DNA of 63,789 nucleotides, filler included, from Platydemus manokwari (GCA_037951405.1; 6 parts of 6 records of this genome joined end to end with filler, not necessarily neighbours in it), one strand, 5' to 3'; positions 1 to 14,582 are shown, counted from the whole stretch's first letter. Notes: generated by a model from the sequence alone, not told the origin. Numbers and translations: made by a program.

Positions 1-59
1 TTCAGCGTTATAACAATTTGTGTTAATAAAATACCTGCATAAAAACATGAATAACTTTT

Positions 60-830
60 GACTCAACCTGGTATTAACATTAGCTAGGAAATCCAATAAT
101 GTTAAAGATTATAAATTCTTTCTCGATAGTTTTCAAAGATCTTTTTCATTGGCAACAGAAAATAATTACAATTCTTTTATTGGGGGTCAGGATTCAATCT
201 CGTTGATCCACAATTAATATCAGATTTTTGTACCAAAGGAATGCAATTAATTTCCAAGGGTTTGGATATTGAAGGAACACATGGGTTTAAATAACTTTGA
301 TGAAATGGCAAAAACAAGATCGGAAACATGGAAGAGCAAATTGGAAATTTTAACAAACCATTGTTCTACGAAAATTCAATATTGTGAGGATAATTGGAAA
401 CAATATGCTTATCAAAAATATAAATAGTCATTCAGAGAAATTGGTGGAGATAAACAAGCTTTTGCTGAAAGATTAGCAAATGAAATGTATAGTATAACTC
501 AACAAAGAATGTGGCTTTCAGTTGTCTATAATAATGATTGGGGATTACTTGGGGGTTACTTATTATACTAATTATGAAATTGGAAAGATTTGGCATGAAA
601 GAGATCGATGTGCATTGTTAATTTCTACAGGTTATTTACAAACGATATCTTATTCGGAATTTGATGAAAAACGAAAACATGCTCTAAAGCTAATAGCTCA
701 TGCGGAAAGCGAAAATACTTGCGACACTTGGGAAAAACAAAACCAATATTATGCGAAAACTAAAAATGATCATGCCAAGTATATTAGTTCACAAATTTAT
801 TATAAATTTATTATTATTTATTAAATTATT
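60..830 (+). pseudogene. Decayed rapunzel / SE-cephalotoxin-like gene (frameshifts and in-frame stop; 5' end may lie outside the window)
   Basis: Stitched + frames read DPQLISDFCTKGMQLISKGLDIEGTH / FDEMAKTRSETWKSKLEILTNHCSTKIQYCEDNWKQYAYQKYK*SFREIGGDKQAFAERLANEMYSITQQRMWLSVVYNNDWG / YYTNYEIGKIWHERDRCALLISTG. The order of blocks (DFC helix, W..K helix, C..NW, FA..L, W-x-V-V-Y-N) matches my recollection of rapunzel/cephalotoxin-like proteins. No search was run. Confidence 0.5.
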
Positions 831-2289
831 ATGCAATACAGAAACAATACAATCCAGGAATAAAGGCTATACATCCAAACACAGTACATATTACAAATGT
901 CAACCGGAGATGTACTCAGGGTGAGTATAAGTTGATCATCTTTTGGTAGACGAAATGAATTTATGAAAATAAATTGCTAATTTCAAATTTTAAATGATTT
1001 GATTTATTTTTCTGAATTAGTGAAAAAAATTTTAAATATCGATTAATGTTTAACAACATTTATTTTTAAATAACTAAATGAGAGTTGAACAGCTCGTAGT
1101 TTAATCATCAAATATAGTGATGGAACAGTATTTTAGTCAATATTAAGTATATTCACTAAAATAAATCAATTTGATTAATTAAAAGAGAAAATTAAAAGAA
1201 TTTATTGATTAATGACTGTAGTTATGATATTTTATAAAATATTGATGTGTGATATCAAACCTTTAAGAATTACATTAAATTTTCGTCTTCTTTTGAAATA
1301 ATTTATTCAAATATAAAAAGCTTGTTAATGACTGTGTGACATTGTTGAAATGTCAAAACATTACATCAACTTTTTCTGATCTAAACAGTTGTCTTGTTCC
1401 ACTCGACACGAAACTTTGTTATCTTCGTTACATAATGTACCACTTTGTTAATAGTCCACCTTTATATTACGTTTTTTTGTGTGTTACTTAAGAAAACTTA
1501 TGTCACTTTCTTCATCGTTTCTATCAGCTCAGATAAACTTTGCAAAAATCGAATTGCAGAGTTAAAATTGGCAAACTGATAAAATAACCATGTTGAAATG
1601 ACAATAAAAATTAACAAAACAATATACAAAACTATTGTCTTAACTTAAGAAAAAGGGTCCTTTGACCCAATTTTAAAGTAATAACTTTTCGTGAGTTATT
1701 TGATATTAAAATTTATTTGTAATAATATTTTAATGAAGTTTTTACATAAAATTCAATTTTAGATTAAAAACCAAAAATCAACTCTAACAATCAAAAACCA
1801 TGTATTTGATGCTCTCTACTTTATTAAGCACTTTCAAAACATTTCTAGTCAATTTCTATGACGATATTTAGGACTGAAATTATATTTCTATGGCACAATA
1901 TTTCCTCAATGGAAAAGAATCTACAAACTTTGTTGTATCTCAATAAATAATTTTAAATGTTTTGCTTTATTTTAATAAAAATTGTCAATATTTGTTGATT
2001 GTTAGTTCACTAATGGATTTGTAAATATAATATATTTTTATATATAATTTTTTGTGAGAGTCCCGTACACCAAAAATACTTTATTCAGAATGTCGAAAAG
2101 GGACAAGGTTGAATTTTTGAACCAAGTCCTTATTTGAATTCCGAAGCTTATATGTTTGTGGCAGTTTTACCTGTACGATTTATTTGATATGGATCAAATC
2201 TTCATTTCATTACAACATCGACAGGTTTTGGATCTATGTATCCAATCTATTAGGTAGATATTAATATACTTTTTTTGAGAGAAAACACA

Positions 2290-2640
2290 AGTACCTTGTT
2301 CCTGGCACTTCTCAATAATTTAGAAGTCACTTTTTTTTATAAAATATCTCTAAAAATCTTAGATATCATTCCAATTGCTTCTAATGTTCAAAAAAGGGGT
2401 CCTCGCTAATTTTCAATTAATTGCATTTTGACCTATTTTGACCAATTTTTCAAATAATTAATTTTTGATATTTTTAAAAATCATGTGCATATATTATTTG
2501 ATTCTAAATAACTAAAATATTACTCAAGTACTTAAATAAAAAATTCAAAATGTAATTAAGGAATTTAATTAAATAATTTTTAGAGATTTTTGCCATACAC
2601 TTCACAATTTTAAAATTTTATTTTAGGATCCTATTTTTAA
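2290..2640 (+). repeat. Dispersed repeat, copy 1 of 3 (non-autonomous DNA transposon-like; may extend left to ~1650)
   Basis: Shares the blocks ttgcttctaatgtt..aaaa..gggtcc, ttttcaat(t/a)aatt(g/t)ca(t/a)tttgaccta and cttaaataa(a/c)aaattcaa with 40120-40435 and 48790-49125. Confidence 0.7.
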
Positions 2641-5600
2641 CTTTAGCCCAAAAAGGGTCAAACACGTTTAAATCTATCAATTAAATAATGATAATAAAAC
2701 AATTCACAATTTTTAATTGGTTATATTTTCTCCGACAAACCAGTAATTTATGTTTGCTTTTAAATTTTGATCCATTTTACAATTTGGTTCAAGTGTTATG
2801 TTTATAATTATTTTTTAGATGGCTTGTGATAATTGCTAGTTATGCTGTTGCTCAGTTCCTAATTTCATCAGCTATCTAAATCTAGATAACCACTGATAGA
2901 AACACATCGTTTAAAATTTAAGAATTTTGAGAATTACTCATTGTCAAGGACATTTTCTGATTTTCAAATAATAAATTAGTTTTCTAATATTTTCTTCGTA
3001 AAATTATGTTTTTAAGACAATCTGCGTGGGTTAAACCTCCAATTAAATTATCGTTAATTACTTAACAAAATATGAGAAAGTATAAGGTAAAAAATATTTA
3101 CTCCTTGATATTAGTGCAATACTCAGTAAAACATGCAGAACCTTCTAAATTACACAGATTTGATGCAATAGAACTGTTTTTATCTACAACCTTTTGTCGA
3201 ACATACTTTTACTTATAGATTAGACGGTAAGTAAAAATTATTTCTTGCTGTTTTCTGATGAGTTTACAAAATGTGCTGTTTACCTTAATAATACAATTTA
3301 AAACTGTAAAATTTGAGTGTGCCTTAATAATAACATATCAACATCCCTATATTTCCACATTTAATCAGATGCCATCATTGATAATTAATTGTTACTGAAA
3401 AGTTTAGTAATTTAGCTCTTGTCTTTTGAATTGATTTAAAATGGCCTTAAATAATTTATTCACTTTTAATCTGGCTTCTTTTCTTGTTATAATCATTTAT
3501 CATTACTAACAAATTTAGAACATCATTTTAAATTCATTTATATTTAACCCAGAATCATGTAATATTTAGATTAGTTCGATATCGTAATCAAATTGAACTC
3601 AAATAATGACATTAACTTATTTAAAATATTATCTGTATTATTGTTTACGTTAAATATTGTTTCAAATATAATCTTAAAAATATTTTAAAATAAAAGAAAT
3701 TAGCATCGGTAATTACAAACACTTACCGATTTTTGATTTCTCATACCGGACTTGCTCGCCTAGTCTTCGGACTTGGAAAAAACTTACCTAGCTATGACTC
3801 ATTCTTTACCTCCTATTCTCCCTGGGCGGTATTGATTTTAACCACATCTAACCATATGGTTCTGTAAATATTTAAGTTATTCTCCTGAACGGATCAGATT
3901 ACGATAACAATGAAAGTGAGCATATCTCATTTGTAGGATACAACCATCGTCAAGTCCGGAGTGATCGGTACTCGGAAGTGTAAAAAGAGCCATACAGGAC
4001 CCTAAAGACAAAAGACATCATATAATCCTACTGCTCAGCCAATCGGATTCTCAAAAATCTAACCTGGAGGCCTGCAAATGTATAGTGTAGATCAGTTCAC
4101 GAATTGTGGAAATGGCTGCCTATTAAGAAATATTTGTATGACCAGAAATTAATTTTGATATTTTCTGTATTGTACAGCCAAGCCTTATTTCGGCTGTATG
4201 TATATTTATCTACTTATGAGTATGTTTTTATAAATATAATCTCAATACTGCTACTATAAAGAATATCTACTTTAAAATATCTAAAAATATTTTGAAATTG
4301 TTAGAGTATGATATTAAGCATGGAATTTTTAAATTTTTAAAAGGCTACATCCGAAATAAAAGAATAAATGATGTCAGTAATTATTAATTTTTTTTATAAA
4401 TAAATGCTAATTAGATGTAATATCCAATAAAATTAATAGAAAATTTCTACAAGGCCTATTTCATTTATATTTCATTTTTAATAGGTTTGGGACATTGGAT
4501 GAGCTTTATTAAATGCACCAGTTAATAAAATTGATTAACAAATCGATAGATTTCTCACAATCTTTGATTATTCACAAAAATTACATTCGTTAACGATTTT
4601 TTTTTCTTTTACTCCATCTTGTATTTAAAGATTTCCTTTGATTCTTTGATTTTCGTGAGCAATTTCTTCTGTTTGATTGAAATTTCTTTTAATAGCCAAT
4701 AATAAGAAAATCGAGTCATTGATTTGAAAAATTTTTTCTTTTGCAAAAATAAATAATGAAAATAACATTGTGAATTTAAGGAAAACAATCGAACAATTAT
4801 TTTAGCAGTATTTCCGTACGAATGAATCCTCAAACAGCTTCATCTGTCTTGCATGTACACATTAAAATGGAACAAATTCGTTTTTGTTAATGGTTTAATC
4901 TTGTGCTTTTTGATAAAAAATATAGTTTCACTTTGAAAAACGAGTTACATTAGAGAGGTATTGCAGTGCTCCGAGTGTTTGTTCAGTGAATGTATCGATA
5001 GGTAATTGATTATGTTTTTATTACAAGTTCAACTTGAAAAAATTCAATATTTTCCGAGCTAGGCAGAAATTCATTGAGGAGAAATTTCGCTGGAAAGGAA
5101 TTATTAATGGAATTTAAAAGAAAAATATTATTATTACGATATTATAATTAAAAATGTTGACATTAATTATATGTTGATAATAGTTGTCGAAAACATTGTT
5201 TTAAATCATCAAAAAAAATCAATAGAGATGAGATTCGTTAAAATGTCTTGCAAATGTCGAGTAGAAATATAATGATAATTTATTGAGGTACTTTGGAAAT
5301 CGATAGAAAACTGAGAAATTAAATTCATTTGATGTAGATTTGAATTATATTATAAAAATATATTGCAAAAGATATCGAACCCGCTCAGACGTATTCAAGT
5401 AGTGTAAATGTCGCCGATTTCACCATTTGGATGTCTTCTGATGGGAAAACTTCTATTTATCAAACGTTTTCTAAACTTTGAATTTAATTATTTTAACATC
5501 AAGATGATATTCTTACCACTTTATATGATGAAAATCAATGCCATAATAATAATATAATGCTATTTTATCATCATATTAAGGCGGTTGTTATTGAGTTGAG

Positions 5601-8325
5601 TTAATTACAACAATAATGATATCAGCTGGTGATGTATTGTAAGAGGTACTATTCGGAATAGGCATAGAGAAAGTTTGATCGAAAATTTTTAAAAAAGTCA
5701 AAGAACATGCTTATGATAAGACGTGCTGTCCGGATAGAATGAAAATGGAAGAAATCAATATGGTATTGTTTTAAAGAATTTCTTGAACTCACTTCTGGAT
5801 GGAAAATTCTTATTTACAAGGACTCCCTAGTTGATATATTATAACAGCCGTATATAAAGGGATATTATTCATCAACAAATCGTATCAAAGAAATTGACAA
5901 AAAACAGAGATATCACATAAGTTTGTCTTTAGCGATCATTTTCGTTATTGATGATTTGATTTTCTCTCAAAGTTGCCAAAGTAGTCATTAAGATTTGGAA
6001 GACATTTTTGTGTTTTATACTTCAACGATTTCTATATTTTTTAATGATATATTTGGCAACAAGATAAGACGTCTTAATTCTTCAGTGAATAGCAATGGAG
6101 CGATCAAGGCCATGGAATAACGTTCTACAACAATTGTTCGAATGAGGAAAGACTATGTAATTTGAAGCAATTTCTAGTTTAATGTTTATGTTTAGATTTT
6201 CAGTTAAACGTTGAGCTATTTTTAAGGCCTCTTCATAAATAAAATATTTAACAAGCTTTGGTAGAAGAGAAGACTTATTTCTGAAGAGGTAATTTTCACG
6301 TTCAGATTCACAGGAAACACTAACATATTAGGTCATTTTATCAATTCCTCTTTTAGCTCTAATTACAATGTTTTACAAATAGAGGTAAAGTGCTGATGTA
6401 TCATTTATAGTTAATTTCCTTTATTTTCGGTGTAAAAAAAAGTTTCGACGAGCTCGTGTTTCATTGTGCAGAAATTATTTTCTTCTACAAAATCAGTCTG
6501 CAGCTGTCTTCGGAAATTCTTTTATTGGTTATTTATTAAGGGTTCAAGACTTTATTTCAAAACCAAATAATTCGTCTTTATTTATAAAAGTGATTTTGTC
6601 AGTGAGCTTCTTTTAATTGTTTTGTAATGTGAGTCGACATTGTTAATCTAGTTGTATATATTGTTGGATCTCCTAAACAATTAACTAATCCCTGACTTCA
6701 AAAATAGAAGGTTAAAATTGTATTTCGGTCGCTTACAACTCAGTATGACTACAGCTAATAAGACTTGACAAACTCGACAAAATATCAACCAAAATTTTGC
6801 TTGCAAATGCAGTTTACCATCTTTACATCGATATTTATAATTGAAATCTGTGTGCAATTTCTTGTGTCATGTCGTATCATATATTTTGATTCGATATTTG
6901 CTTTTCTATGTTCATATTGAGCTTTTAAGTTTTTGCACGAGTGGGATTAGTCAACCCTTATTTATGTGTTATTGTGTGGCTATACCCCTTTTTCCAATTG
7001 TCGTATTCCATTTAACTCCACTGTAATTAGCCGGTTGCTATGCCCGTATGGTTGTGAAATCTCAATATATGTTGCAGAACATATGATCCCCGGTGAATAT
7101 ATTTTTGTTGGTGTATATCATTGTGTATCAACTACCTTATTTGCATTTTTTATAACAAAAAAATAACTGTAAATGTTTTTAAATTTCTCCAATATTTTCA
7201 AAATTTTTAAATCCAGAATAAAAATGCCAATCAATATTGAACCAAAACACGAGAAATATAAAACAATTTTCATTTCAGCAAATAACGAAAAAATTATTGA
7301 AATAACTCGACAATTGAGAAACTCACCGGGAACTGCAATACATGAGTGGTCTAAGTAAGCAATGAATCAAAATCGAACGCTAAATATCGAGAATTGGAAT
7401 CGAAATTACACGAATATGTGGTAATACAACGTGAACGAGAAATTCAAGTGTCAGTTGTATTAATTCGATTTTTGTGCACATATCATTGCCAATAAGATGC
7501 AAATTCCAGAATTAATGGAAAGATCTTGTTAGGCTGATAATTTAATGAGTCCAAGAATATTGATTTTTACTGTTAGTTATAATAAATGAATAATTGGATA
7601 TCTGAAATTAAAAGAGATGTGATCGTACATCATATATATTATACTTGTACGACTCTCGAATGCCTTATTTTTCCATTTATAATCTGCAGCTTATACTCGC
7701 GATTTTACTGTAAACATATATCGATATTTCATAAATTAAATTAATTTATGTGATACATTCGATATATTAAAAGAAAACCCTGCAATTAGTGCTCGCTAAA
7801 TTTTCATTTTAAAATATTTCAATTTTTTTGTATTTTCGTCATTTGAATCGACTCTGAATAATTAATATATTTCGGTATCCACACCATATATTTTTCTCTA
7901 AATTACGTTGCTAGGCATAGCTTGAATATCTCGTTTTTTAGCTAACTATTTGCGTTTATGGTAAACTTTAATTTCCATGGCAACGGAGATTATATTTAAC
8001 AAGCAACAATTCAATAAACAAATTTGCAATGAAAAGGATTCGTTATTGATGATAATTGTTAAATAATCACATCGCCATTTATGATAATTTACCATATTTA
8101 TTTGATTATATTTCAATGAAAAAATGCATAAAATAATTTCATCGATTTTTAAACGAGTTAAATATTTGTTGGGATATAACGAAAAGTGAAGGCGATTAAA
8201 ACAAATATAATTAATAAATGTGGTGAAGTTTTGGTAGATTCTGTTCTTCACAATCAGCAATCAAGAGACTCTCGATTAATACTTCTAATTCCATCGGTAA
8301 ATTTTTAGTCTCCTAGTCTTTATTA

Positions 8326-8328
8326 CTC

Positions 8329-8372
<44 letters not shown>

Positions 8373-8381
8373 TAATAATAA
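8326..8381. repeat. (AAT)n microsatellite
   Basis: Directly visible run of aat units with one aac interruption. Confidence 0.95.
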
Positions 8382-9721
8382 TTCATACTAATTACTATTA
8401 TAGAAGAAATATTATCAATTATAATAACTATTATAATAAAAAAAATTCCAATAACTCTGATTTTAACCTTTTTCGTATTTCCATATAAAAAACAAAATTA
8501 ATCTAATATTCTAGTTATTTAATAATAAAATATTAATAATAATCCAAATATCGATTGTTTAATTTGAGCTTTATTTCGTAAATCAATAGTCAAAGTGTCA
8601 TTTGTGCCAGAATATCAAATTTTAATTTATTTATTTCAGTTAAAACTATGGATTAAGCGAATGATTGTTTGAGTGAGAAGTAAGTCAGTGCATTTTACAA
8701 ATGAGATGTCATTCATTATTGAAAATTACGTTGAAACTACACGAGCTTGTCAAATTTATGGTGGACATAGAAGATTACAGATAAACACGATTTACTCTGA
8801 TGTTTATTTTGAATAATATTTCTGATTATATTAATTTATATTTCATAATGATGATAATAATATGATTAGATTGATGTTGTTTTGAAACAATCGAAATAAT
8901 TGGTTTTGTGAGAAATATATTTTATAATAATACAAACCCTATGTCTGTACGTTTAGCTGATTTTTAACAAGACTCCTCCCATATATCCAGCTGCAAATTA
9001 TAATAAACAACAGTTATGCCTCACAACACAGAGTATGCTGATTGACATTACAGCCCTTGTGCCTTACAACAGTAAATTTTAAAATTATTATCTTTTAGGT
9101 TTAAAAAAATTGTATACAATGAAATAAAAGAATTCAGAGTTTTGAGATATTTGTTGCTTCTTTCTTTGATTTTGCTTATAATTTTAGAATTCAAAACTGA
9201 TATAATGACTGCAAATTTGTTCTATCGTTCGAATAAGAAAAAGCGGAAATGTGTTCATTCGAAAGAGGAGTACAATAAAATTTTTTAAAAGATATTTATC
9301 AACGAATTATGAACATCGAAATGACTGCGGAACTTCTCATGATATTAAGATTAAAAAATCTAACTTACTTAAAGTTATTTAAAATATTCTAACCATGAAA
9401 CACTTTTAAAGTCTTTTTTTTTAAATTAACGGCAATTGTATAACCAAAGGAATTCAAAACAAATAGTAGTATAAAAGTAGAAAATAATTTATATATTTAA
9501 AGAAATATTCCGAAGTTTTGTTTCTTTCTCCATTCAGTCAGAGGAGGTTTATTTGAAAATGAATTCGAAATTTTCGAAATATATAATTTTTTTAAACTCA
9601 TCGATTTATCACGCTGTTTATTCAACACAGAAAGATGTCCTCGCATCTTAACAATAATCGGATAATTACACACGAGGATTTAAAAGCATACTTATTTTAA
9701 AAGATCATTTTAAATAGAATA

Positions 9722-9757
9722 CGCACGCACACACACACACATATATATATATATATA
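9722..9757. repeat. (CA)n(TA)n microsatellite
   Basis: Directly visible. Confidence 0.9.
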
Positions 9758-9817
9758 CAGTCCGGCTAAAATTTTTAGACGCACCTTAAAAATCATTTAA
9801 AATTGCCAAAAACATTA
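9758..9817 (+). mobile_element. Tc1/mariner-like terminal inverted repeat, truncated by the assembly gap
   Basis: TA followed by CAGTCCGGCTAAAA, resembling the CAGT..GGCCAAAA starts of Tc1-type TIRs, inserted in a (TA)n tract. The other end is not visible. Confidence 0.45.
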
Positions 9818-9917
9818 NNNNNNNNNNNNNNNNNNNNNNNNNNNNNNNNNNNNNNNNNNNNTTAATTAATTAANNNNNNNNNNNNNNNNNNNNNNNNNNN
9901 NNNNNNNNNNNNNNNNN
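9818..9917. other. Assembly spacer (44N-TTAATTAATTAA-44N)
   Basis: Identical 100-nt spacer occurs five times. The 12-mer places stop codons in all six frames. Confidence 0.97.
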
Positions 9918-11399
9918 ATTCATTTTTATTATTTTGCAATAATTGCTTAAACGATAAAAATTATAGAAATGAAAATATGGATTATCTTTTGTTGTTTTTT
10001 TTAATAATTATGTAAAAATAATTTTCATTATTTTTAATAATAATATATTTTAATAATTATGGAGTAAAATAATAATCATAATAATAATGGTGTTTTAATT
10101 TCAGTATAAAATTGCGAAATTTAGACAGAGAGTATGCAATGATTTTCTAAACACTTGTCAACGATCTCTCTCTCTCTCTCTATCTGCTGTAATTTTCAAT
10201 TCGAACTTAAAATACATAATGTTCAATCAGTGAAACTTGAAGGCTAATTATTTTGCTTCTCGCGAGATTATAATAAAAATATTATGCTAATGAGAGGTTC
10301 GGTCTATGAAATAATCTCGAAATTTCTTCTATGAGATTCTCAATAAGTCCACATTAGTAAATTGTGTATATTATTAGATATATATCATATATATCGTATA
10401 TTTATATTTTTTATTATTTTAGTGTGCCATGGTGTAATATATTAGATCTGATGTGGGAAACGTGCTGATGTGAAACTAATTGTGATAACGATAATGATTT
10501 TATTCACTGCTCAGGAGCAGTTTTTTAAGAATTTTAGTAAAGTAATCGTTGATAGACATATCTATCGATAGATTTGAATATTTATTCGCTAATGATGAGT
10601 ATTAAAGATTGTGAAACTGATCTGCTGACATATTATCGACAAGAACTTGCAAACTTATTTATATATAATATTTAGAAATAACCTTATTATATCTGTTTCT
10701 TTCATTAAATATTCCATCTAGTAAACATGTTTTCTTTAATTTTATGAATTATAATGTTAATATTATAATTACATCAAATGGGATTTATCTAGAAAGAATG
10801 CTGACAGGTTTCTTTACGTTGAAACTTGTTGTAAAACTTTTTATGATTTATCATATAAATGAAGACAAAACCGTTGTCAGAAATATTCAAATTATCATTC
10901 TAAAAACGTTGAAAACATTGTAGGAGTTTAATTAAAAAGGAAATTCATAGGTCGATATTTGAAAACATCAATCAACGACCAGATCAGAATATAAGGAACA
11001 TCAAAGAAGGAGCTCATGATTTATTATCTAGTTTATTTAAATGATGAATATATTAACAAAAAAGAATTTGAAATGAGGGATATCACTGCAGAACAACAAC
11101 GACAATTTTATGTTGAATTCGAAATAGGGAAGTCTATGGTAACAGTTTCATAGACGATCATGGAAAAAGTAAAGAAAAAATTCGAGAATATTAAGGAAAA
11201 ATCAACCATAACACAGTGCGTATAAAATTGGTTCAGATCAATGAGTTGGAACGAAATCGAAGGAAGATCTGCAATATTCTCAGTCGCACGTCGAGACATT
11301 ATGATATCAAGTATTTCTCCTAAAGAGCAACAATAAACAATATCAAAACGGTAATGTTTAGTCAAAAAAATCACATCGGTGCCTGGATATATCTAAAGA

Positions 11400-11402
<3 letters not shown>

Positions 11403-11435
<33 letters not shown>
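11403..11435. repeat. (TA)n microsatellite
   Basis: Directly visible. Confidence 0.9.
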
Positions 11436-11439
<4 letters not shown>

Positions 11440-11965
11440 AATAGATAAAAACGAGCGACTATTATCAAAATATTCTAAATATTAATAAACTTGACAGAAT
11501 GAAAACCTATAGAGATTCGAGCCTTTAGTAAATGAAATGGACCAAATAAATATTTAGAAAAGAATAGAAGAAGTAACATCAATAATTAATATTGAAGTAA
11601 AGGAATCAGGAAGTTAGTTGCGTTAAAATAAATTGTAAAAATTTTATGGAATTTTTGTTGACTACTTGACTTGACATATTTCAACTTGAGAAATTGTGTA
11701 AAGAGATACATTATAGGTAGGTAATAAAAGGTTATTCAAATATTAGATGAAGCGAGTTAGTAAACAGAAATTGGTAGCATCTACAAAGGGCAAGACTTCA
11801 AAGTTGTGGAGATCATCATTATTAAATGGTGGTATTAAAGATTAATTATTATTCTACAGAAAACCAGGAAGTTTGCATTGAGATTTTTAGTCAACAGTTA
11901 AAAAAAAAAAATTTATTGATCTGTGGGTATAAATCTTCAAATTTTGATCCACTATGCGAATATTT

Positions 11966-12382
11966 CGTAAGCTACTACTATTTTATATAAAATCTAATTT
12001 TATTCAAAATTATATCTTTAAAAATTTTAATGCTATTTAAAATGCTGACATCCCCCTTTCTTTAAAATCTTTGATTTTCTTTGTATTTTTAACTGGCAAT
12101 GTATGGAATGCTTACATATTTATCTACATAAAAAACTCTGGTTCTTCTCTCTGTTTTATACCTTCTCTGAATCTTTTTTATATCTTCTCTACATCGTTTT
12201 CGTATCTTCTTTATATAGTCTCCAATTTTTTCTCCTTCTTTTCCATAATTTTCAGTCATTGATCTTCTAACAATCGAATCCGGATGCCTGGTTGCCATGT
12301 AACCTACTACTATTTTATATAAAATCAAATCTTAAACAAAATTAAATCTTGAAAAATTTTAGTTCAATTTAAAATGCTCACA
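11966..12382 (-). mobile_element. TRIM (terminal-repeat retrotransposon in miniature)
   Basis: Two 85-bp direct repeats at 12298-12382 and 11966-12050. On the minus strand the 5' LTR reads TGTGAGC...GGTTACA and is followed at once by a PBS-like TGGCAACCAGG. A polypurine tract AAAGAAAGGGGGA (12051-12063) precedes the 3' LTR TGTCAGC. Flanks TATTT/GATTT form a 5-bp TSD with one mismatch. Confidence 0.8.
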
Positions 12383-14478
12383 GATTTTATAAAAATTCTT
12401 TACATTAGAACTCCATCTTTAGTCGTTTGACGTCATGGCATGGTTGAAACTGAATAGGCACACACTAATAAAATAATCGATAATCAAAAACAATTTAATT
12501 TTTTAAAGTTAGTCGAAATTATTGAAATAGAATAAATGCCATTTTTAAGTATTCAACAAATTCCTGTACATTTCACTTGGAATGGTTCTCTATGGAACAG
12601 CCTGTAAAGTAAAACAAATTCAAAGATTTTCAATTCTATTAAATATATTAGATATTATAAATTATATTATTATACAATAAATTGAAAGGAACCCCTAGCA
12701 AAATATTGGGGAAATGTTTGTGATTGATGAAAGAGGATTAAGGTAGGATTTGTTGAATAATGTTTTGCTGTTATTGAAATCTAATTGTAAGTATTGTTAG
12801 GATTCTTTCTTTTTTTATTCATATTTCCTTCATTGTTGATATTATGGATCTGAATTGAAAGCGAATATTTTTTCATAAATTTCTTGATAAGAATTGATGA
12901 AAATTTTGCTTAAAGTTGTTTATTCTTTTCCTATATCATTAAATATCACGAAATTTCCGGAAATTTAGCTACAAACACTTTTAAAGTCCTCTTTAGGATA
13001 AATTTAAAAATCAAATTGAACTTTCCAATTCCTTAAGAGAATCGTTAAACGTTAATCGCAAAATAAATAGTTTTCACGTGGGTTTGAAGATATAAAGCGT
13101 TTACATATCTGTCTTATAAAAGAATTGATCCATGATACATTCATGATTTGAATTTTAAAATGAAAATACATAAAAGATGACAGGAGGCAACATTAAAATT
13201 CACAACAAGTGAACAAACTTATTTAGTCCACAATAACATTAAATAGTATCAAATAGAATGTCAAATCCATCATTTTATTATTTGCTTATTGGTATAGTGT
13301 TAAGTCTGATTAGAGGTAGCCTACTCACTTTAGCTACCAATTACTACTTAGGTGTAGGGCCCTATTGAAATAATATACTTTTTTCTCATTAACCTAGTCT
13401 ACAAAAAATAATACAAATCTATCAAGTAATTTGCTTGTCTTCCCATTCCAATGCAATCAATATTCCAGCAGTTAATTGAGTTAAAACACATTTCTCATTA
13501 AACATCTTTTCATACTCACGTTGGTTTGAAATAATGTAATTGAGATAGGAGAAATTTATTTAGCTACTTGAGGCGATTAACTATACTCCAAAATAACTGA
13601 GCAGGTGAGTTGGGCCTGCTCTGTAAAATTTGCTTTGATGACATATAAATCAATAACACTGCAATTCAAGTAGCAACTTTATTTAGTTATGCAGCTTTTC
13701 ACAACCACACAAAATGAAGTTCACGATCTATTTAAGAAAAACGAAATGAGCTCAACTATACCACTATAGAACAGTGGACCATTCAAGACTTACAAAGGTA
13801 TCTATAAGATTCCTGAAAAATTATATCAATAATAAATTAAAGGAAACAAATTTGATTCAAAACAAACTGTATTAAAACAATCGAAATTATGTTTATAAAC
13901 TCCGAATATAATTAAATACACAATGTTGATGTCTAGAATCTTCAGTTAAAGGTGTTAGATGCGTCCAACTAAGTGTCGAGACATCCCTGTGAATAAAATA
14001 AAAAGTTGTAGAAAAAATGTTGAAATCTTAGAGATTTTAGATCAAGCACACAGACATTGAAATAACTTCAAATAACTTTTTATGTGAAAATTTTTAAATT
14101 TAAATTTTATTTTTCTTTCCTAATACTTTGTGTGCTTTTGTCAAATTATTAATTTTTAACATTGTTTTTTAGTGTAGGGCTATATTTTAGATTTTTATAC
14201 ATTTATTTTTAATTAGTTTCGTTTTTTAACACGTTGACGGACACTTGCGTCTATAACCGTGGCAAGACGACAATAACCGTCTAAAACGAAACGGTCTTTT
14301 TTGGACAATGTGGCTATAGCAGCACAAATGTGCATTTGCCGGCCTACAAATAGAAGACTAGTGTCATGTTTTGGAAACAATTCTTTCGGTTGACTTTTGT
14401 TTTCCACCTATTACACGACTTGCAGCTTAAGTACGCACATATAGTGTTGAATTTCGAACTTCATTTGTTCCTATTGTC

Positions 14479-14582
14479 CAATACTGAGATATTAATAAAA
14501 TGAAAAACGTTTATTGATATAAATCAATAAAATCAATTCCAAACAAAATTAGGTAGAAACAAATTCTGATATCTCAGTACTG
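14479..14582. mobile_element. Small MITE-like element
   Basis: Terminal inverted repeat caatactgagatat ... atatctcagtactg (13/14 match) around an AT-rich core. Confidence 0.45.

Noticed and set aside
3720-4200. GC-richer block as a gene or integrase relic
   Set aside because: No sustained frame or diagnostic motif that I can support. It is probably TE debris.
4500-4960. Minus-strand pogo-like relic (KRICSILMCTC...; ORF 4609-4833)
   Set aside because: The resemblance is too weak to call without a profile search.
6841-8260. Short hydrophobic ORFs in the track (also 19036, 22132, 31593, 34460, 42272-43260, 57806, 58408, 58928)
   Set aside because: F/I/L/Y-rich frames of 60-100 aa, many with non-ATG starts, are expected by chance in ~75% AT DNA. 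They show no motifs or splice support.
9862-9873. TTAATTAATTAA as a biological motif
   Set aside because: It is always centred in 44N+44N, so it is an artificial six-frame-stop linker. ORFs 43827-44027 and 44028-44303 that end in it are artefacts.
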